Counted from the stretch's first letter, positions 29,306-40,219 are shown. The stretch: 64,000 nt of DNA from an uncultured Bdellovibrio sp. (GCA_963932905.1 CAWVRN010000004.1:32001-96000), one strand, 5' to 3'. Notes: generated by a model from the letters alone, not told the origin. Numbers and translations: made by a program.

Positions 29306-31310
29306 AGTTACCGGCTGGTCTTTGTGTCGAAGCGGCCTCATAAGCAGCAAGTCCATCTTCACCCATATGCTTGATTAATTCCTGTCGGCCTTCCGACGAC
29401 TCAAGAAGTTTAACCAAATCCACAATGATAACTCCATCAACCGTGTTAAATTCACGATCAAAACTGAAATCAATATACTTAGCACCCAATTTTTCATAGC
29501 TGATCAACAACGAAGGAATTCCCTTACCTTCAATATCATTGATGATGCTATTCAACTCAGTGAGCGATTTGATGCTGTTTACAATTTGCTCGATCTCTCT
29601 GTCCATATGAGTAACTAGTTGGGGTTTGTTATAGGCGCGAACCTTTTGACTCAATTTCGAAGGATATGTCTTCTTCAAGTAACCTACAATAATTGCTTTT
29701 GAAACATCGGAGTACGAATTCGAAATACTCACTTGCCCCATCATATAGCGATATCTTGGATTATCTACCAAAAACTTACCGATTCCTTTCCAAACAGCAC
29801 TTAAACCACGGATAGAATTTTTACCGGCTTCAGTAAAATTCGCAAATGAACGACTCGCTTCAATAGTATGCCTTAACATCTCGAGAGGCATAGCGGACAG
29901 ATCCGCAAAACGGTTTAAGTAAAAAGATTCTTTTCCTGGTCCGCGTGCCAGTAACTCACCACCCATTCCCAAACGGTAAGCGGCGGTTATCTTCTGTTCT
30001 AAATCGCGTGCTATGAAATGGTGATGGAATAAATCGAATGCACCCGTTTTTGGATCGATATCGGTATCAGAACTTTTACCAGAACCTTCTTGAGCTGCAC
30101 GAAAATTTTCCTCACGTAATTGGCCTAACTTCAACAAAGTTTGCGGAGCCTGCTCGCCCGTCACATTATATATTTTCATCGAGGAAGACTTGCCAAAAAC
30201 AACTTCAGTGATAGGCCCAGCAGCATCTAATTCATTTTGTACCAATTTATCGTTATTAACTTTAATAATCGGTTCGTCAACGCGATCCATTTTAACTTGT
30301 GCGAAGCGACCTTTTAAAGCGTAGGTACGAGCACGAAGATACTGAGCCATTCCCACTAAATCGCCTTTATATACGTCTACTAACTCTTGCCCTTTGATTG
30401 GCGTACCCATGTTAATAGCAATTGGGCGCTTAGCGTTTTTTGCAATTTGCCTAACGTGCGCAACTGCACTTAAGACACCTTTAGCTACTGGATTTTTCAA
30501 ATGCTTAACTCTATGAAATTCTTGAGTCGCCATCCCGTCTACGAACAAAGGCATGACTTGAACCGATGGATTGTTTGTAATGATATTTGAAATTCCTTTT
30601 TTCCATTCTGGATCAAACGCGAAATTATCCGATAGATTTTGTTTAACAGATACCTCGCCTGACGGGAAAATTACCAAAACACCGCCATCAGCGATGTGCT
30701 GATTCATCTGCCTAATTCCATTTTGGTTAAATCGAGCTGCCTCGGCACCACCATAAGGATTTAAAAATATAGCGTTGTCGGACATGCCGGGAAGGCCCTG
30801 TAACAATGTCGTCAAAGCCACTCGCACATCCGGCCGCACTAAAGAAATAGCCGCCGCGATCGCAATGCCATCAGATCCATTTTTGGGATGATTCGCAACG
30901 ATCAACAAAGGACCGGTTTTAGGAACTCGTTTTTCCAACTCAGCACGATCGAACTGCACTTCGATTTCAAACGCGCGCGCCAGTTTCTGAAAGTACGGCT
31001 CAGTAGATTTATCATTCAGGAACGATTTAACGATTCGGCGCAACTCTGGCAGATGAAGCGTACGTCCCAATAGAAACTGAGCGAGTTCATTGATGCTCTT
31101 TTCAAGAATGACGTTATCCGACTTAACGATATGTATAGATAGCTTATCTTTTTTATTTACAGAGATCCCGGGACTAAACTTTAAACCCGATTTAGGACTT
31201 GAACCTAGGATAGGTTTTGTCGAATAGAACTCCCGACAACTATCTAATGCGAATACAGTTTGAACAGAAAGAACGCCAATAATACTCGAGTAAAGAATAA
31301 TTCTCTTCAT
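29295..31310 (-). CDS. PlsC + GNAT (OlsB-like) double acyltransferase, OlsF-like, with signal peptide
   Basis: ANHPKNGSDG (HX4D), IFPSGEV; LREENFRAAQEG, AAYRLG, EASRSF, GQVSIS; N-terminal signal peptide ending VFA. Confidence 0.8.
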   Translation of the reverse strand: MKRIILYSSIIGVLSVQTVFALDSCREFYSTKPILGSSPKSGLKFSPGISVNKKDKLSIHIVKSDNVILEKSINELAQFLLGRTLHLPELRRIVKSFLNDKSTEPYFQKLARAFEIEVQFDRAELEKRVPKTGPLLIVANHPKNGSDGIAIAAAISLVRPDVRVALTTLLQGLPGMSDNAIFLNPYGGAEAARFNQNGIRQMNQHIADGGVLVIFPSGEVSVKQNLSDNFAFDPEWKKGISNIITNNPSVQVMPLFVDGMATQEFHRVKHLKNPVAKGVLSAVAHVRQIAKNAKRPIAINMGTPIKGQELVDVYKGDLVGMAQYLRARTYALKGRFAQVKMDRVDEPIIKVNNDKLVQNELDAAGPITEVVFGKSSSMKIYNVTGEQAPQTLLKLGQLREENFRAAQEGSGKSSDTDIDPKTGAFDLFHHHFIARDLEQKITAAYRLGMGGELLARGPGKESFYLNRFADLSAMPLEMLRHTIEASRSFANFTEAGKNSIRGLSAVWKGIGKFLVDNPRYRYMMGQVSISNSYSDVSKAIIVGYLKKTYPSKLSQKVRAYNKPQLVTHMDREIEQIVNSIKSLTELNSIINDIEGKGIPSLLISYEKLGAKYIDFSFDREFNTVDGVIIVDLVKLLESSEGRQELIKHMGEDGLAAYEAASTQRPAGNYED

Positions 31311-31427
31311 ATAATAGGAGTTATTTCAATTAGCTAGCCACCCTCGTTAACCAAAACCTAACCCTATCTTTGATTTGGTAAAATATACCTGTATCAAAAG
31401 TAGACAGTGGACAAAACAGGTAGGACA

Positions 31428-31709
31428 CTATGGCCAGAACCAGCCACTACCAGCATAATGCTTCGATATATGCTCGTCTATCGATTGCCCCATTTCTCGG
31501 GTAGGTAAATTTCGAGGTTTTAATCTGAACCCGATGTTAACAGCAATAACGATTAAAGATCCTAAGACAGGAATTAGAAAAGCCAATACCAATTGCCGCC
31601 GTTTCTGTTGTCGACTGATATATTTATCTGTGAGTAAAAAAATGTAAGTTGCAAGCCATATAGTTAAGTGAACAATAAAAACAGTGGAGATCAAACTTTC
31701 AATTAACAT
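31428..31709 (-). CDS. Small two-TM membrane protein
   Basis: Two hydrophobic helices, FLIPVLGS (PLDc_N-like). Confidence 0.55.
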   Translation of the reverse strand: MLIESLISTVFIVHLTIWLATYIFLLTDKYISRQQKRRQLVLAFLIPVLGSLIVIAVNIGFRLKPRNLPTREMGQSIDEHISKHYAGSGWFWP

Positions 31710-31742
31710 AACTACAATCTAACACCGCATCTGATTGCACTC

Positions 31743-31772
31743 AAAAAAAAACGGCGAGTACAAACTCGCCGT
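31743..31772 (-). terminator. Intrinsic terminator of hppA
   Basis: ACGGCGAGT-acaa-ACTCGCCGT with A tract on its left. Confidence 0.85.
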
Positions 31773-31810
31773 CATTATTAGCGTTTCAAAATTTGAAACA
31801 ACCGTAATAT

Positions 31811-33889
31811 CTAGCCACCAATCGTAGCTACAAGTTGTGCGATCAATAACGATACGACACCCATAACTTTGATCAAGATAGCGATACCAGGACCCGATGT
31901 ATCTTTGAACGGGTCACCGACAGTGTCACCAACAACGGCCGCTTTGTGCAGATCAGATCCTTTTGGATGACCAGGCATTCCGCCTTTTTCGATAAATTTC
32001 TTAGCGTTATCCCAAGCGCCGCCCGCATTCGCCATGTACAAAGACATAGTCGCGCCAACCGCTAAAGCACCTGCTAGTAAACCAGCAAGAGCCTGAGGAC
32101 CCATTAAGAATCCACATAAAACCGGAGCAAGAACTGCGATCATACCTGGAAGGATCATTTGCTTAAGAGCCGCCAGTGTTGCGATATCAACGATTTTAGA
32201 TGGTTGAGGTTCAGCTTTACCTTCTAATAAACCTGGAATTTCTTTGAACTGACGACGAATTTCTTCAACGATGTCACCAGCGGCTTTACCAACCGCAGTC
32301 ATTGTTGTTGCACCCACTAGGAAAGGCAAGATCGCGCCCAGTAATAGACCAATTAAAACACCCGCAGATGTTAAGTCTAAAGACATGGCTGCTAAACCAG
32401 CCGTTGCACGTGTGTGATTTACTTCCATATTGAAAGCACTGAATAAGGCCACAACTGTAAGGATCGCAGAACCAATCGCGAAGCCTTTACCGATAGCTGC
32501 CGTTGTATTTCCAACCGCATCTAATTCGTCAGTGATAGCGCGAACGTCTTTACCTAGTCCGCCCATTTCAGCAATACCACCTGCATTGTCTGCGATTGGA
32601 CCGTACGCATCTACTGTCATTACAACAGCTGTTCCCGCTAACATACCAACAGCCGCCATCGCGATACCGTATAAACCTAAATAATGATTTGAAACACCAG
32701 CAGCGATCACAACGATAATTGTTGGGATAGCTACCGATTCCATACCGACTGCTAAACCACGAATAACGTTAGTCGCAGGACCCGTCATCGAAGCTTCAGC
32801 GATCTTTCTAACCGGACCCATTGATGTGTAATAATCAGTTACTAAACCGATCAAAGCACCGCCCACTGAACCCGCTGCTAAAGCGATAGTTACGCCTTGA
32901 GAAACATTCCACATAGGCATCAAGATCGCACTCGCGATAGTTAACAAGATAGGTGGAACTAAAAGAGCAAAACGTAAAATTGCTGCCGGAGCAAACATAG
33001 CACGGCATGCACGTGTGATGAAAATTACGATGATAGAGATAATTAAACCAATGGCAGATAGGATCAGAGGCAACACGATCGCCGCGTTTCTGATTGTAGC
33101 TTCATCGCCACCCGGAACTAAGTTCATTAAGGAAGCCGTCGGAATTGTAAATGCAATCGCCATTGTAGAAACGATCGCCGCAACCATCGATTCATAAATG
33201 TCAGCGCCCATACCCGCAACGTCACCCACGTTATCACCTACGTTATCCGCGATAACGCCAGGATTTCTTGGATCGTCTTCAGGAATACCCTGGATAACTT
33301 TACCTGCGATATCTGCACCCACGTCAGCCGCTTTAGTGTAAATACCACCACCGATACGCGCGAATAATGCGATCGATGAAGCTCCCACTGCAAACGAGTG
33401 AAGAATTGTTCCAACAGAGGATTGATCTTTAAATGTAGTGTAAAGAACGCCTAAACCAATCAAACCTAAGCCCGCTACGGCAAGACCCATTACCGCGCCA
33501 CCATCAAGAGCTACAAGTAATGCATTTGGTTTGATACCTGTCGTAGCGGCTTGAGCCGTACGAACGTTAGCGTAGGTTGCGGCCTTCATACCGAAGAAGC
33601 CAGCTAGTAAAGATAAGAATGCGCCTAGCAAGAAGAATACACATGATTCCCAGCCAAGAGCGAAAAATAATGCCGCACCCACAACAACTGAATAGATACC
33701 TAAAACTTTGTACTCGCGTACTAGGAAAGCCATTGAACCTTCGCGAATGTATGTCGCGATACGATTCATCGTTTCGTTACCCGCTGGTTGGGCTTTAACT
33801 TTGAAGTAAAAGAATAAAGCGATTAATAGTCCTACTACACCCGAAATTGCCGGTAAATGCAGCAAGGAAGCATTACTTAAATCCATCAT
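31811..33889 (-). CDS. hppA: Membrane Na+/H+-translocating pyrophosphatase, K+-dependent type
   Basis: [49 protein letters not shown]. Confidence 0.95.
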   Translation of the reverse strand: MMDLSNASLLHLPAISGVVGLLIALFFYFKVKAQPAGNETMNRIATYIREGSMAFLVREYKVLGIYSVVVGAALFFALGWESCVFFLLGAFLSLLAGFFGMKAATYANVRTAQAATTGIKPNALLVALDGGAVMGLAVAGLGLIGLGVLYTTFKDQSSVGTILHSFAVGASSIALFARIGGGIYTKAADVGADIAGKVIQGIPEDDPRNPGVIADNVGDNVGDVAGMGADIYESMVAAIVSTMAIAFTIPTASLMNLVPGGDEATIRNAAIVLPLILSAIGLIISIIVIFITRACRAMFAPAAILRFALLVPPILLTIASAILMPMWNVSQGVTIALAAGSVGGALIGLVTDYYTSMGPVRKIAEASMTGPATNVIRGLAVGMESVAIPTIIVVIAAGVSNHYLGLYGIAMAAVGMLAGTAVVMTVDAYGPIADNAGGIAEMGGLGKDVRAITDELDAVGNTTAAIGKGFAIGSAILTVVALFSAFNMEVNHTRATAGLAAMSLDLTSAGVLIGLLLGAILPFLVGATTMTAVGKAAGDIVEEIRRQFKEIPGLLEGKAEPQPSKIVDIATLAALKQMILPGMIAVLAPVLCGFLMGPQALAGLLAGALAVGATMSLYMANAGGAWDNAKKFIEKGGMPGHPKGSDLHKAAVVGDTVGDPFKDTSGPGIAILIKVMGVVSLLIAQLVATIGG

Positions 33890-34132
33890 GAACGTCCACC
33901 TTTGATAGTTAATTGGGAACGAATAAAAAGCCTGAGGATTGAGAATTTGTCAACGCTGGTAATAATTTACAAAAATGCGTCAAGCTAGAGGAGCTATTCT
34001 AAAAATCAGTTGTTTTTTAAGATCGGACTGCTAAAACGCCCGGATGCTTTTATCAGATTTTAACCACCGCATGGTATTCGTGTTCTTTTTACTGTTTCTT
34101 TTGACAGTAAATTTCTACGCGAACTTCTAGAG

Positions 34133-35782
34133 CTAAGCGGCTTTCGCCATTTTTTTCTGTTTGTAATTCTCGATTAAATTATTCAGATAATTTTGTGCCT
34201 TATATTTAGTCAAATCGTTCACTTCGGATTTGAGCATATGCACTTCTTTGACACCTTTTTCTACTAAACGCCCTTTTTGATTCGCGTAAAATTTTCCACC
34301 TTTAGGGGTATAGAGGATGTATTTCTTGTTGCAGGGAAGATACAGATACATGTTGAACTCGACCTGTTTGTCGCCTTCCACATCCGCCAATTTGACCGAC
34401 GCCATCGTGGCAGAAGCCGATTCGCGTACTTCCGTGCGAACATTAGTAACCGGGAAGAACGCCATTGCGATTTCGTCCCCGTTATGAACCGATTTTTTCA
34501 AAAACTCGGCATATTCTATGGCCCAGTCTTCGAATTCAATTTTCTTAATTTTCAAATTTAGATTTTCTTTCTCTGAAACAGGTTCACCATTATCTTTCAG
34601 AAATTTGAAAAGCTTTTCTTGGATTGATTTAATGAACTTTCCATCCATCTTTCTATTTTTTCCAAGCGCCGCGATCAAGTAACCATTAAATTTTTCAGAT
34701 TCAACCACGATACAGGCCACTTGCGACGAGTCCGAAACTTCGTTGATGACGTGGCCATCGTTAACTTGAACAGTTTCATCCAAGGCCTGTTTCGTACCTT
34801 TCAGAATTATCGATTCATAGCCGTCAACGACATTACGGCCCATGACTGTGATTGTCTTACCTTTCGTGTCATATTTTCTAGGCGATTTAAGCGGACCCGC
34901 CTCACGAGCGTCTTCGGCTTCGCCTGCGTTTGTTTGTGCTTTTTTGTCGTTTTTGTCTTTACCAATCGAAATTGCATTCGGGGTTTTTCCTAAGGCCCGT
35001 GCCCTGTCGTCACCGTCAAAATCACTCTCGCTATATGAAACAGAACCCGCGGCGCCTTCTTCATCAGAATAATCACCGTTGATTCCACTCAACATTCCGG
35101 GAGATCCCGAACCAGATCTAGCATGATCGATTTTGCTGAGAGAAGGATCCAATGGATTTCCATTTTCATCAAAACCTTCTAACGGAACCCAAGTCCCATT
35201 GCCGCCGGCAACAGAATCGCCGTCCAGCAATTGGGAAAAAATGGACGCCGCTTGATTCCAACCACCACCCTCGACAGTTTCATTTCCTGAAGCAGCCCCG
35301 CCTCCCGATTGGATCATCGTCGTCTTATTGCTAGCATCAGCAGTCGCAAGTGGTTTTCCGTTCGCATCTACCGTAGGCTTTTCATTTTGGTCACGGATCT
35401 TTTTTTCTTGATCACGAATATATTTATTTACTGTCCGTTCAATAGCAGGGCCAGTGGCTGGTGGATTAATTTTATAGCCGCACGCGGCGTCTTGAAGTTT
35501 TCTAAAGGAAACGGACGATGAATTTTCAGCAAACGTAAACACACAAATAGGAAACGATTGAGTCAATACCTTTGGCATTATCAATACTTTCTTATTGGGG
35601 TGATCGACACTTATCATTACAAAGTTTGGCTTTTTTTGAATAATATACGTGAGGAAATCTTTTATATTGGTCGTAGAAAACACAAGCCACTCGCGATTAC
35701 GCAAAAACTGCTCGGCAGCGGATGTCGAACTAGGATTCGACTTTAATATCAAAAGCGTTTTCGAAATTTGAATTTCACTCAT
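34133..35782 (-). CDS. Hypothetical signalling-type protein (degenerate receiver-like N-terminus, low-complexity linker)
   Basis: 549-aa ORF; N-terminal alpha/beta pattern; G/S/D-rich middle region. Confidence 0.65.
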   Translation of the reverse strand: MSEIQISKTLLILKSNPSSTSAAEQFLRNREWLVFSTTNIKDFLTYIIQKKPNFVMISVDHPNKKVLIMPKVLTQSFPICVFTFAENSSSVSFRKLQDAACGYKINPPATGPAIERTVNKYIRDQEKKIRDQNEKPTVDANGKPLATADASNKTTMIQSGGGAASGNETVEGGGWNQAASIFSQLLDGDSVAGGNGTWVPLEGFDENGNPLDPSLSKIDHARSGSGSPGMLSGINGDYSDEEGAAGSVSYSESDFDGDDRARALGKTPNAISIGKDKNDKKAQTNAGEAEDAREAGPLKSPRKYDTKGKTITVMGRNVVDGYESIILKGTKQALDETVQVNDGHVINEVSDSSQVACIVVESEKFNGYLIAALGKNRKMDGKFIKSIQEKLFKFLKDNGEPVSEKENLNLKIKKIEFEDWAIEYAEFLKKSVHNGDEIAMAFFPVTNVRTEVRESASATMASVKLADVEGDKQVEFNMYLYLPCNKKYILYTPKGGKFYANQKGRLVEKGVKEVHMLKSEVNDLTKYKAQNYLNNLIENYKQKKMAKAA

Positions 35783-35840
35783 ATTTTTTAACCGTTTAGA
35801 TGGCCAATTTATTGACCATCTAAATTAATTACTCGGCAAG

Positions 35841-35868
35841 TAAAGAGAGCTCATTTAGGCTCTCTTTA
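35841..35868. terminator. Hairpin downstream of the endonuclease gene
   Basis: TAAAGAGAGC-tcatttag-GCTCTCTTTA. Confidence 0.55.
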
Positions 35869-35911
35869 TTTAAACACCGATTTAAGTGAAATACTGGACT
35901 GGATTTTAGGC

Positions 35912-36910
35912 TTAAAAATCCGCGATAGTATCAACCAATTCAGGGTGGTCGATAAAAGGATTTCTGTTTCCTTGAACTTTATAGATCTCGTCATTGCGAA
36001 GAAGTTCTTCGGCATCCACAGGAAACTGTTTATGCCAAATTCTTAAGCTAGCTTCTTGAGCGGGCTCAATTTTCATATCGTAGCGAAGCGCAAAGTAGAG
36101 CAAGGCGCGTGCAACATGACCTTTGTGCACATCCGGTGGCTCAAATGTCGGACCGCGAATAGAATCACTTGTCCCAAAACGAGATTGGCCACACTTGAGA
36201 TTCTCTTTATCTTTCACAACTTCACCAAATGGATAACTGCTACGAATTCCGTTTAACTGGGAATCTGTTGGAAATAAATGATGCAAATCTGATTTCTGTG
36301 TTTCCTGAGGGTATTTACCTGTGAAACGGCTTTGTGGCCAAGTATGTTCAACATTGATCACGCGATTATCAGGAACATAGTTAGGACGTGGTGATTGTTT
36401 ACTGCCTTTGAATTCATCGGGACCATAAAGTTTATTGCAATAGGCTTCTTTGATTGCGTACTGATTTCCCACTTGCACTAAGTAGAAGTAACCCATCAAA
36501 AACAAACGAGCACGATCATAACCTAGCGGTGTTTGTTGGTAACAATTTTTATCTCCCGGAGGACAACGATCAACTAAAGTATCTAGTTGACCAGGGCGAG
36601 ACACGTGAGCGTAATTTAAAACCTGACGTAAAGTATTTCTCATATCTGTTCCGACAGCACGTGATTTCATTGCGCTGTACACACTGGAAGTGTAGTACGG
36701 AATATAGCGCGACATATAGCCACCCGTTTTTGGGTTTCTAATGTTCAAAGCACCTGACGCAGATCGTGTGATCAGCTGTGGTTGCGCGTATGGATTTCTT
36801 TGAAGTGGACCACCAGCAACAATCGCTGAGGCGCTATGTGTGGTGAGTGCGATCAGTGTTACAACACCGAAAATATTTTTCAGAACCGACTTTGCAAGAG
36901 TCTTCATCAT
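35912..36910 (-). CDS. Secreted endonuclease I family nuclease
   Basis: NVEHTWPQS, SDLHHLFP, RSSYPFG, FEPP..HKGHVARA..YF, QGNRNPFIDHPE; signal peptide from ATG 36910. Confidence 0.92.
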   Translation of the reverse strand: MMKTLAKSVLKNIFGVVTLIALTTHSASAIVAGGPLQRNPYAQPQLITRSASGALNIRNPKTGGYMSRYIPYYTSSVYSAMKSRAVGTDMRNTLRQVLNYAHVSRPGQLDTLVDRCPPGDKNCYQQTPLGYDRARLFLMGYFYLVQVGNQYAIKEAYCNKLYGPDEFKGSKQSPRPNYVPDNRVINVEHTWPQSRFTGKYPQETQKSDLHHLFPTDSQLNGIRSSYPFGEVVKDKENLKCGQSRFGTSDSIRGPTFEPPDVHKGHVARALLYFALRYDMKIEPAQEASLRIWHKQFPVDAEELLRNDEIYKVQGNRNPFIDHPELVDTIADF

Positions 36911-37091
36911 TCCCCCGTAGTCAGGCCTTGAGGAGCCTGGTAGAAACACCGAACCATGGTTCAAAAACCTATCATCGGCATATACTGGTTATCAGTTGGG
37001 AACGAAGGTATAAGGCTAGAGTCTTTATTTCAACTACTATTTTAACAGGATTTTGTTTTTTTGCGGAGCGCATTTAAGCAGTTTTTAAATG

Positions 37092-38072
37092 CTAAGAAGT
37101 AGGGCGATTTTTCCAATCGTAGGCGGTTTTACAAATCACTTTCAGGTCATTGTACTGGGGCGACCAGTGAAGTTCCGATTTGATCTTATCAGCCTGGGCC
37201 AACACTTTCGCGGGATCACCGGGGCGACGATTTAGAATCTCATAGGCGATCTTTTTACCCGACACTTCTTCCATCATCTTCAGGGCCTGAAGAACGCTAA
37301 ACCCCTGGCCATAACCACAGTTAAAGATTTGTAGGTAGTTAGTCTCATTAATTAATTTCTCAGCGGCAAGGATATGAGCATGAGCAATATCTTCCACGTG
37401 GATAAAATCACGAACACCCGTTCCGTCCGCCGTTGGGTAATCATTTCCAAAAACAGACATTGTAGCCTGACGACCCATTGCCGTTTCCGTTAGGTGATGA
37501 AATAAATGATTCGCGTTAGGATTTTTCTGCCCTAGTTTATTATCAAAACTAGCACCGGCTACATTAAAATAGCGCAAAATAATCGCGCTTAAACCATGAG
37601 CCGCATGTACATGGGCTACCATACGCTCGCCAAATACTTTAGACTCACCGTATGGATTAATAGGCATTAATTCATCAGTTTCCGATACAAAATCCTTATG
37701 AGTATCCCCGTAAACCGCCGCGGTTGAAGAGAAAATGATTTTCTTCACGCCAACCTTCACCGCATTTTGTAAAAGATTCATCGTACCAAAGGAGTTATTC
37801 TCGAAATAGTCTAACGGATTTTCAATAGATTCAGGTACAGAGGTTTTAGCGGCAAAGTGCATGATAAGATCAATTTTGTTATCTTTCATCACGCGCCCAG
37901 GAAGTTCGCGATCGCGAATATCCCCAAGAACAAATTTGCACTTGGGGTGAAGGAATTCTTTATGTCCCGTCGATAAATTGTCGTAAACTACAACGTGATG
38001 ACCACGTTCAATCAATCGATGACTTGCAAAAGATCCAATATAGCCGGCGCCGCCTGTAACTAAAATATTCAT
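37092..38072 (-). CDS. galE: UDP-glucose 4-epimerase
   Basis: GGAGYIGS, FSSTAAVYG, YGESK, LRYFNVAGA, DGTGVRDFIHV. Confidence 0.95.
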   Translation of the reverse strand: MNILVTGGAGYIGSFASHRLIERGHHVVVYDNLSTGHKEFLHPKCKFVLGDIRDRELPGRVMKDNKIDLIMHFAAKTSVPESIENPLDYFENNSFGTMNLLQNAVKVGVKKIIFSSTAAVYGDTHKDFVSETDELMPINPYGESKVFGERMVAHVHAAHGLSAIILRYFNVAGASFDNKLGQKNPNANHLFHHLTETAMGRQATMSVFGNDYPTADGTGVRDFIHVEDIAHAHILAAEKLINETNYLQIFNCGYGQGFSVLQALKMMEEVSGKKIAYEILNRRPGDPAKVLAQADKIKSELHWSPQYNDLKVICKTAYDWKNRPTS

Positions 38073-38132
38073 GTCAGGACGCTAACACCGATACTGCTAA
38101 GAATCAACCCGGCTTTTAATCAGAATCAATAT

Positions 38133-38921
38133 CTAGAATCCTAATGCGAATTTGAAGGCATAGCGATCGGTTCCAAATGCATTCGAATACTCAACGCCCA
38201 TTTTTAAAAGAAGCAAGTTCACGTCAACACCAGCCAAAGTCTGAGTCGATGAATTCGTTTTCTTTTGTGATTGTGCCGTCGTGTACGACGGATCAAATAC
38301 TGCGCTGCCCGTTGCCGTTAATTCATTTGAAGAACTTAACATACCGAAACCAAGGTACGGCTCAACCACAGGAATCATCGGCGAGATCAAGATTTGTAAA
38401 CCACTGACCGAGTTTTTGTTTTCTATGTCTGTCGTTACTCCGGATTGCGTTTGAGAAAAACTGAATCCAGATGTCGAGTAAACACCACGTAATGCCAAGT
38501 TAATTGGCAGGACAGGAATGACGTCATTGATATTGTATTTGATTGCCAGAGAGGTCGAATTCAAGCTAGCACCCGACGCAGTCATTTTAGGAAACAAAAC
38601 AGCTTCGGCTGCTAAACCGAATGGAACTCCCACAGCAACCAGGATACCTCCGTTGTATAAATTGGGAAGCTCCGCACCCGCATTTCTTTTGACGATATCG
38701 TTCGTACGTTTTGCGCTAGTTTGCGCGCCAATAAGTCCGACTTGAACGCCGACAACGGTCCCCATTTTAGAGGCACCTAATATTGAACTGTGGGTAAAAT
38801 TACCCGCCATGTCTTTAGAAATTTGATCAAAATCGTCTTCCGTAAGATTTGTAAATGTTGGATCAGCAAACGTCGTTTGAGTTAAAAAGCAAGTCAGTAA
38901 AACCAATAAATATTTTTTCAT
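38133..38921 (-). CDS. Probable outer-membrane beta-barrel protein
   Basis: Signal peptide; amphipathic strands; C-terminal FKFALGF. Confidence 0.7.
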   Translation of the reverse strand: MKKYLLVLLTCFLTQTTFADPTFTNLTEDDFDQISKDMAGNFTHSSILGASKMGTVVGVQVGLIGAQTSAKRTNDIVKRNAGAELPNLYNGGILVAVGVPFGLAAEAVLFPKMTASGASLNSTSLAIKYNINDVIPVLPINLALRGVYSTSGFSFSQTQSGVTTDIENKNSVSGLQILISPMIPVVEPYLGFGMLSSSNELTATGSAVFDPSYTTAQSQKKTNSSTQTLAGVDVNLLLLKMGVEYSNAFGTDRYAFKFALGF

Positions 38922-39083
38922 ATATTTCCCCTTATTCACCTAGCCTGGCATACCAAATGAACTGGGACAAGTAGTACGCATGGCGCACCTTGAAAAAAGT
39001 AGCGTCCAAACACAGGACACCGTATGAATTTAAAAACCTGTCCTATGCATAGCGTTTGAAACAACAAGCAGAAGGAGTATCAA

Positions 39084-39542
39084 GTGAAAATCATTTCTAC
39101 GTTATTAGTGGTGTTATTAAGCTACAGCCTTTCAGCATTAGCGTGCGGCGAAAAAGTTGAAGTATATAAGGCAAAAACGCGTGGTTCTGAAGTCGCTATT
39201 CAATTGGCAAAGAAAGAAGTTCTAATCGTAAATTCGGGCAGCAAGGCTGTAGCCCCAAAAGACGAATACTCTGGGGCATTAATCCCCTTACGTTTTGAAA
39301 TGGCATCAGAGTCAAAAGTTCGCGACGTCGTAGTTCAAACTGACTCTTTGACAGCACATTTAAACCTCTTTGCTATCTATCGTTGCCCCGGAACCCCAGT
39401 TCAAACGACAGAGTTATATTTGTCTATTAGCAAATACAGCGAAGTTAAAATTTTCCTGTTAGAAGCCGATGAAACTTTAACTGCAGACCGTGCGGCTGAT
39501 TACGTTATAAAGGGCGAAGAAGCTCTTAAGCTTTTAAAATAG
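39084..39542 (+). CDS. Secreted hypothetical protein
   Basis: AAGGAG RBS, GTG start, signal peptide. Confidence 0.75.
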   Translation: MKIISTLLVVLLSYSLSALACGEKVEVYKAKTRGSEVAIQLAKKEVLIVNSGSKAVAPKDEYSGALIPLRFEMASESKVRDVVVQTDSLTAHLNLFAIYRCPGTPVQTTELYLSISKYSEVKIFLLEADETLTADRAADYVIKGEEALKLLK

Positions 39543-39563
39543 TTTCCATCTTTGATATCTGCC

Positions 39564-39592
39564 AAAAGTCACGCTCAACGCGTGGCTTTTTT
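39564..39592 (+). terminator. Intrinsic terminator
   Basis: AAAAGTCACGC-tcaac-GCGTGGCTTTT plus T tract. Confidence 0.75.
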
Positions 39593-39682
39593 CGATGAAA
39601 TTCTTACCTGTATAAAGTTCTGACAATTGTGAGAACGTCGCCTCTCTTATATTGTGTTTAGTCTCACCGCAGGAGGGAACCC

Positions 39683-40219
39683 ATGAAAATACAACTCGGC
39701 TTAGCTGGTTTGTTTTTGGGCATATCGGTCATGGCTCAAGGACTGGTTAGCACTTATTCCTCTATCGATTTAAGAAAATGCACCAATTATCAAGAAGGTG
39801 AAGGTGGTGTTTCGGCAGATTGCCAAGGACCAGACGGAGTAGTCTTAGAAATCTCGAGTGGTGATTGGGAAAACATGTGGATTAGCTATAAAGGAAAACG
39901 TTTTGAAACATGGACCTTGTTAATTTCGGCGGGTTCTTTCACTCGTATCGGCGGTGACAATCAAGTTGTGGAATGGATTTTAGATAAATCAGTCGAAGGA
40001 AAAACACGCGTTCATTCACTTATCGCGCGCGTTAGCGGCAATATCAGCGCGAACTCGCAAACAAGAGCCTCTAAATTATTGGTATTTGGTTTTTCTTCTT
40101 TGGGCGTATGCTATCGTGGTGAATCGACATCAAACTTAGCTGCTCGTCAAATCGCTGAATCAAACCAGTGCCTTAAAAACTTGCCCATGACTTTGCCCAA
40201 ACCATCCAGTAATCATTGA
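39683..40219 (+). CDS. Secreted hypothetical protein
   Basis: AGGAGG RBS, signal peptide, S.YSSIDL..C, VEW, N..AR..AE pattern. Confidence 0.75.
   Translation: MKIQLGLAGLFLGISVMAQGLVSTYSSIDLRKCTNYQEGEGGVSADCQGPDGVVLEISSGDWENMWISYKGKRFETWTLLISAGSFTRIGGDNQVVEWILDKSVEGKTRVHSLIARVSGNISANSQTRASKLLVFGFSSLGVCYRGESTSNLAARQIAESNQCLKNLPMTLPKPSSNH

Noticed and set aside
31325..31345. Sigma54 -24/-12 promoter (TGGCTAGCTAATTGAA on the minus strand)
   Set aside because: Lacks the conserved GC at -12; too weak to call
31873..33798. Short antisense or alternate-frame ORFs inside hppA (and similar ones inside metG, metH, SNF2, mreB)
   Set aside because: Nested in conserved genes, with no RBS or motifs
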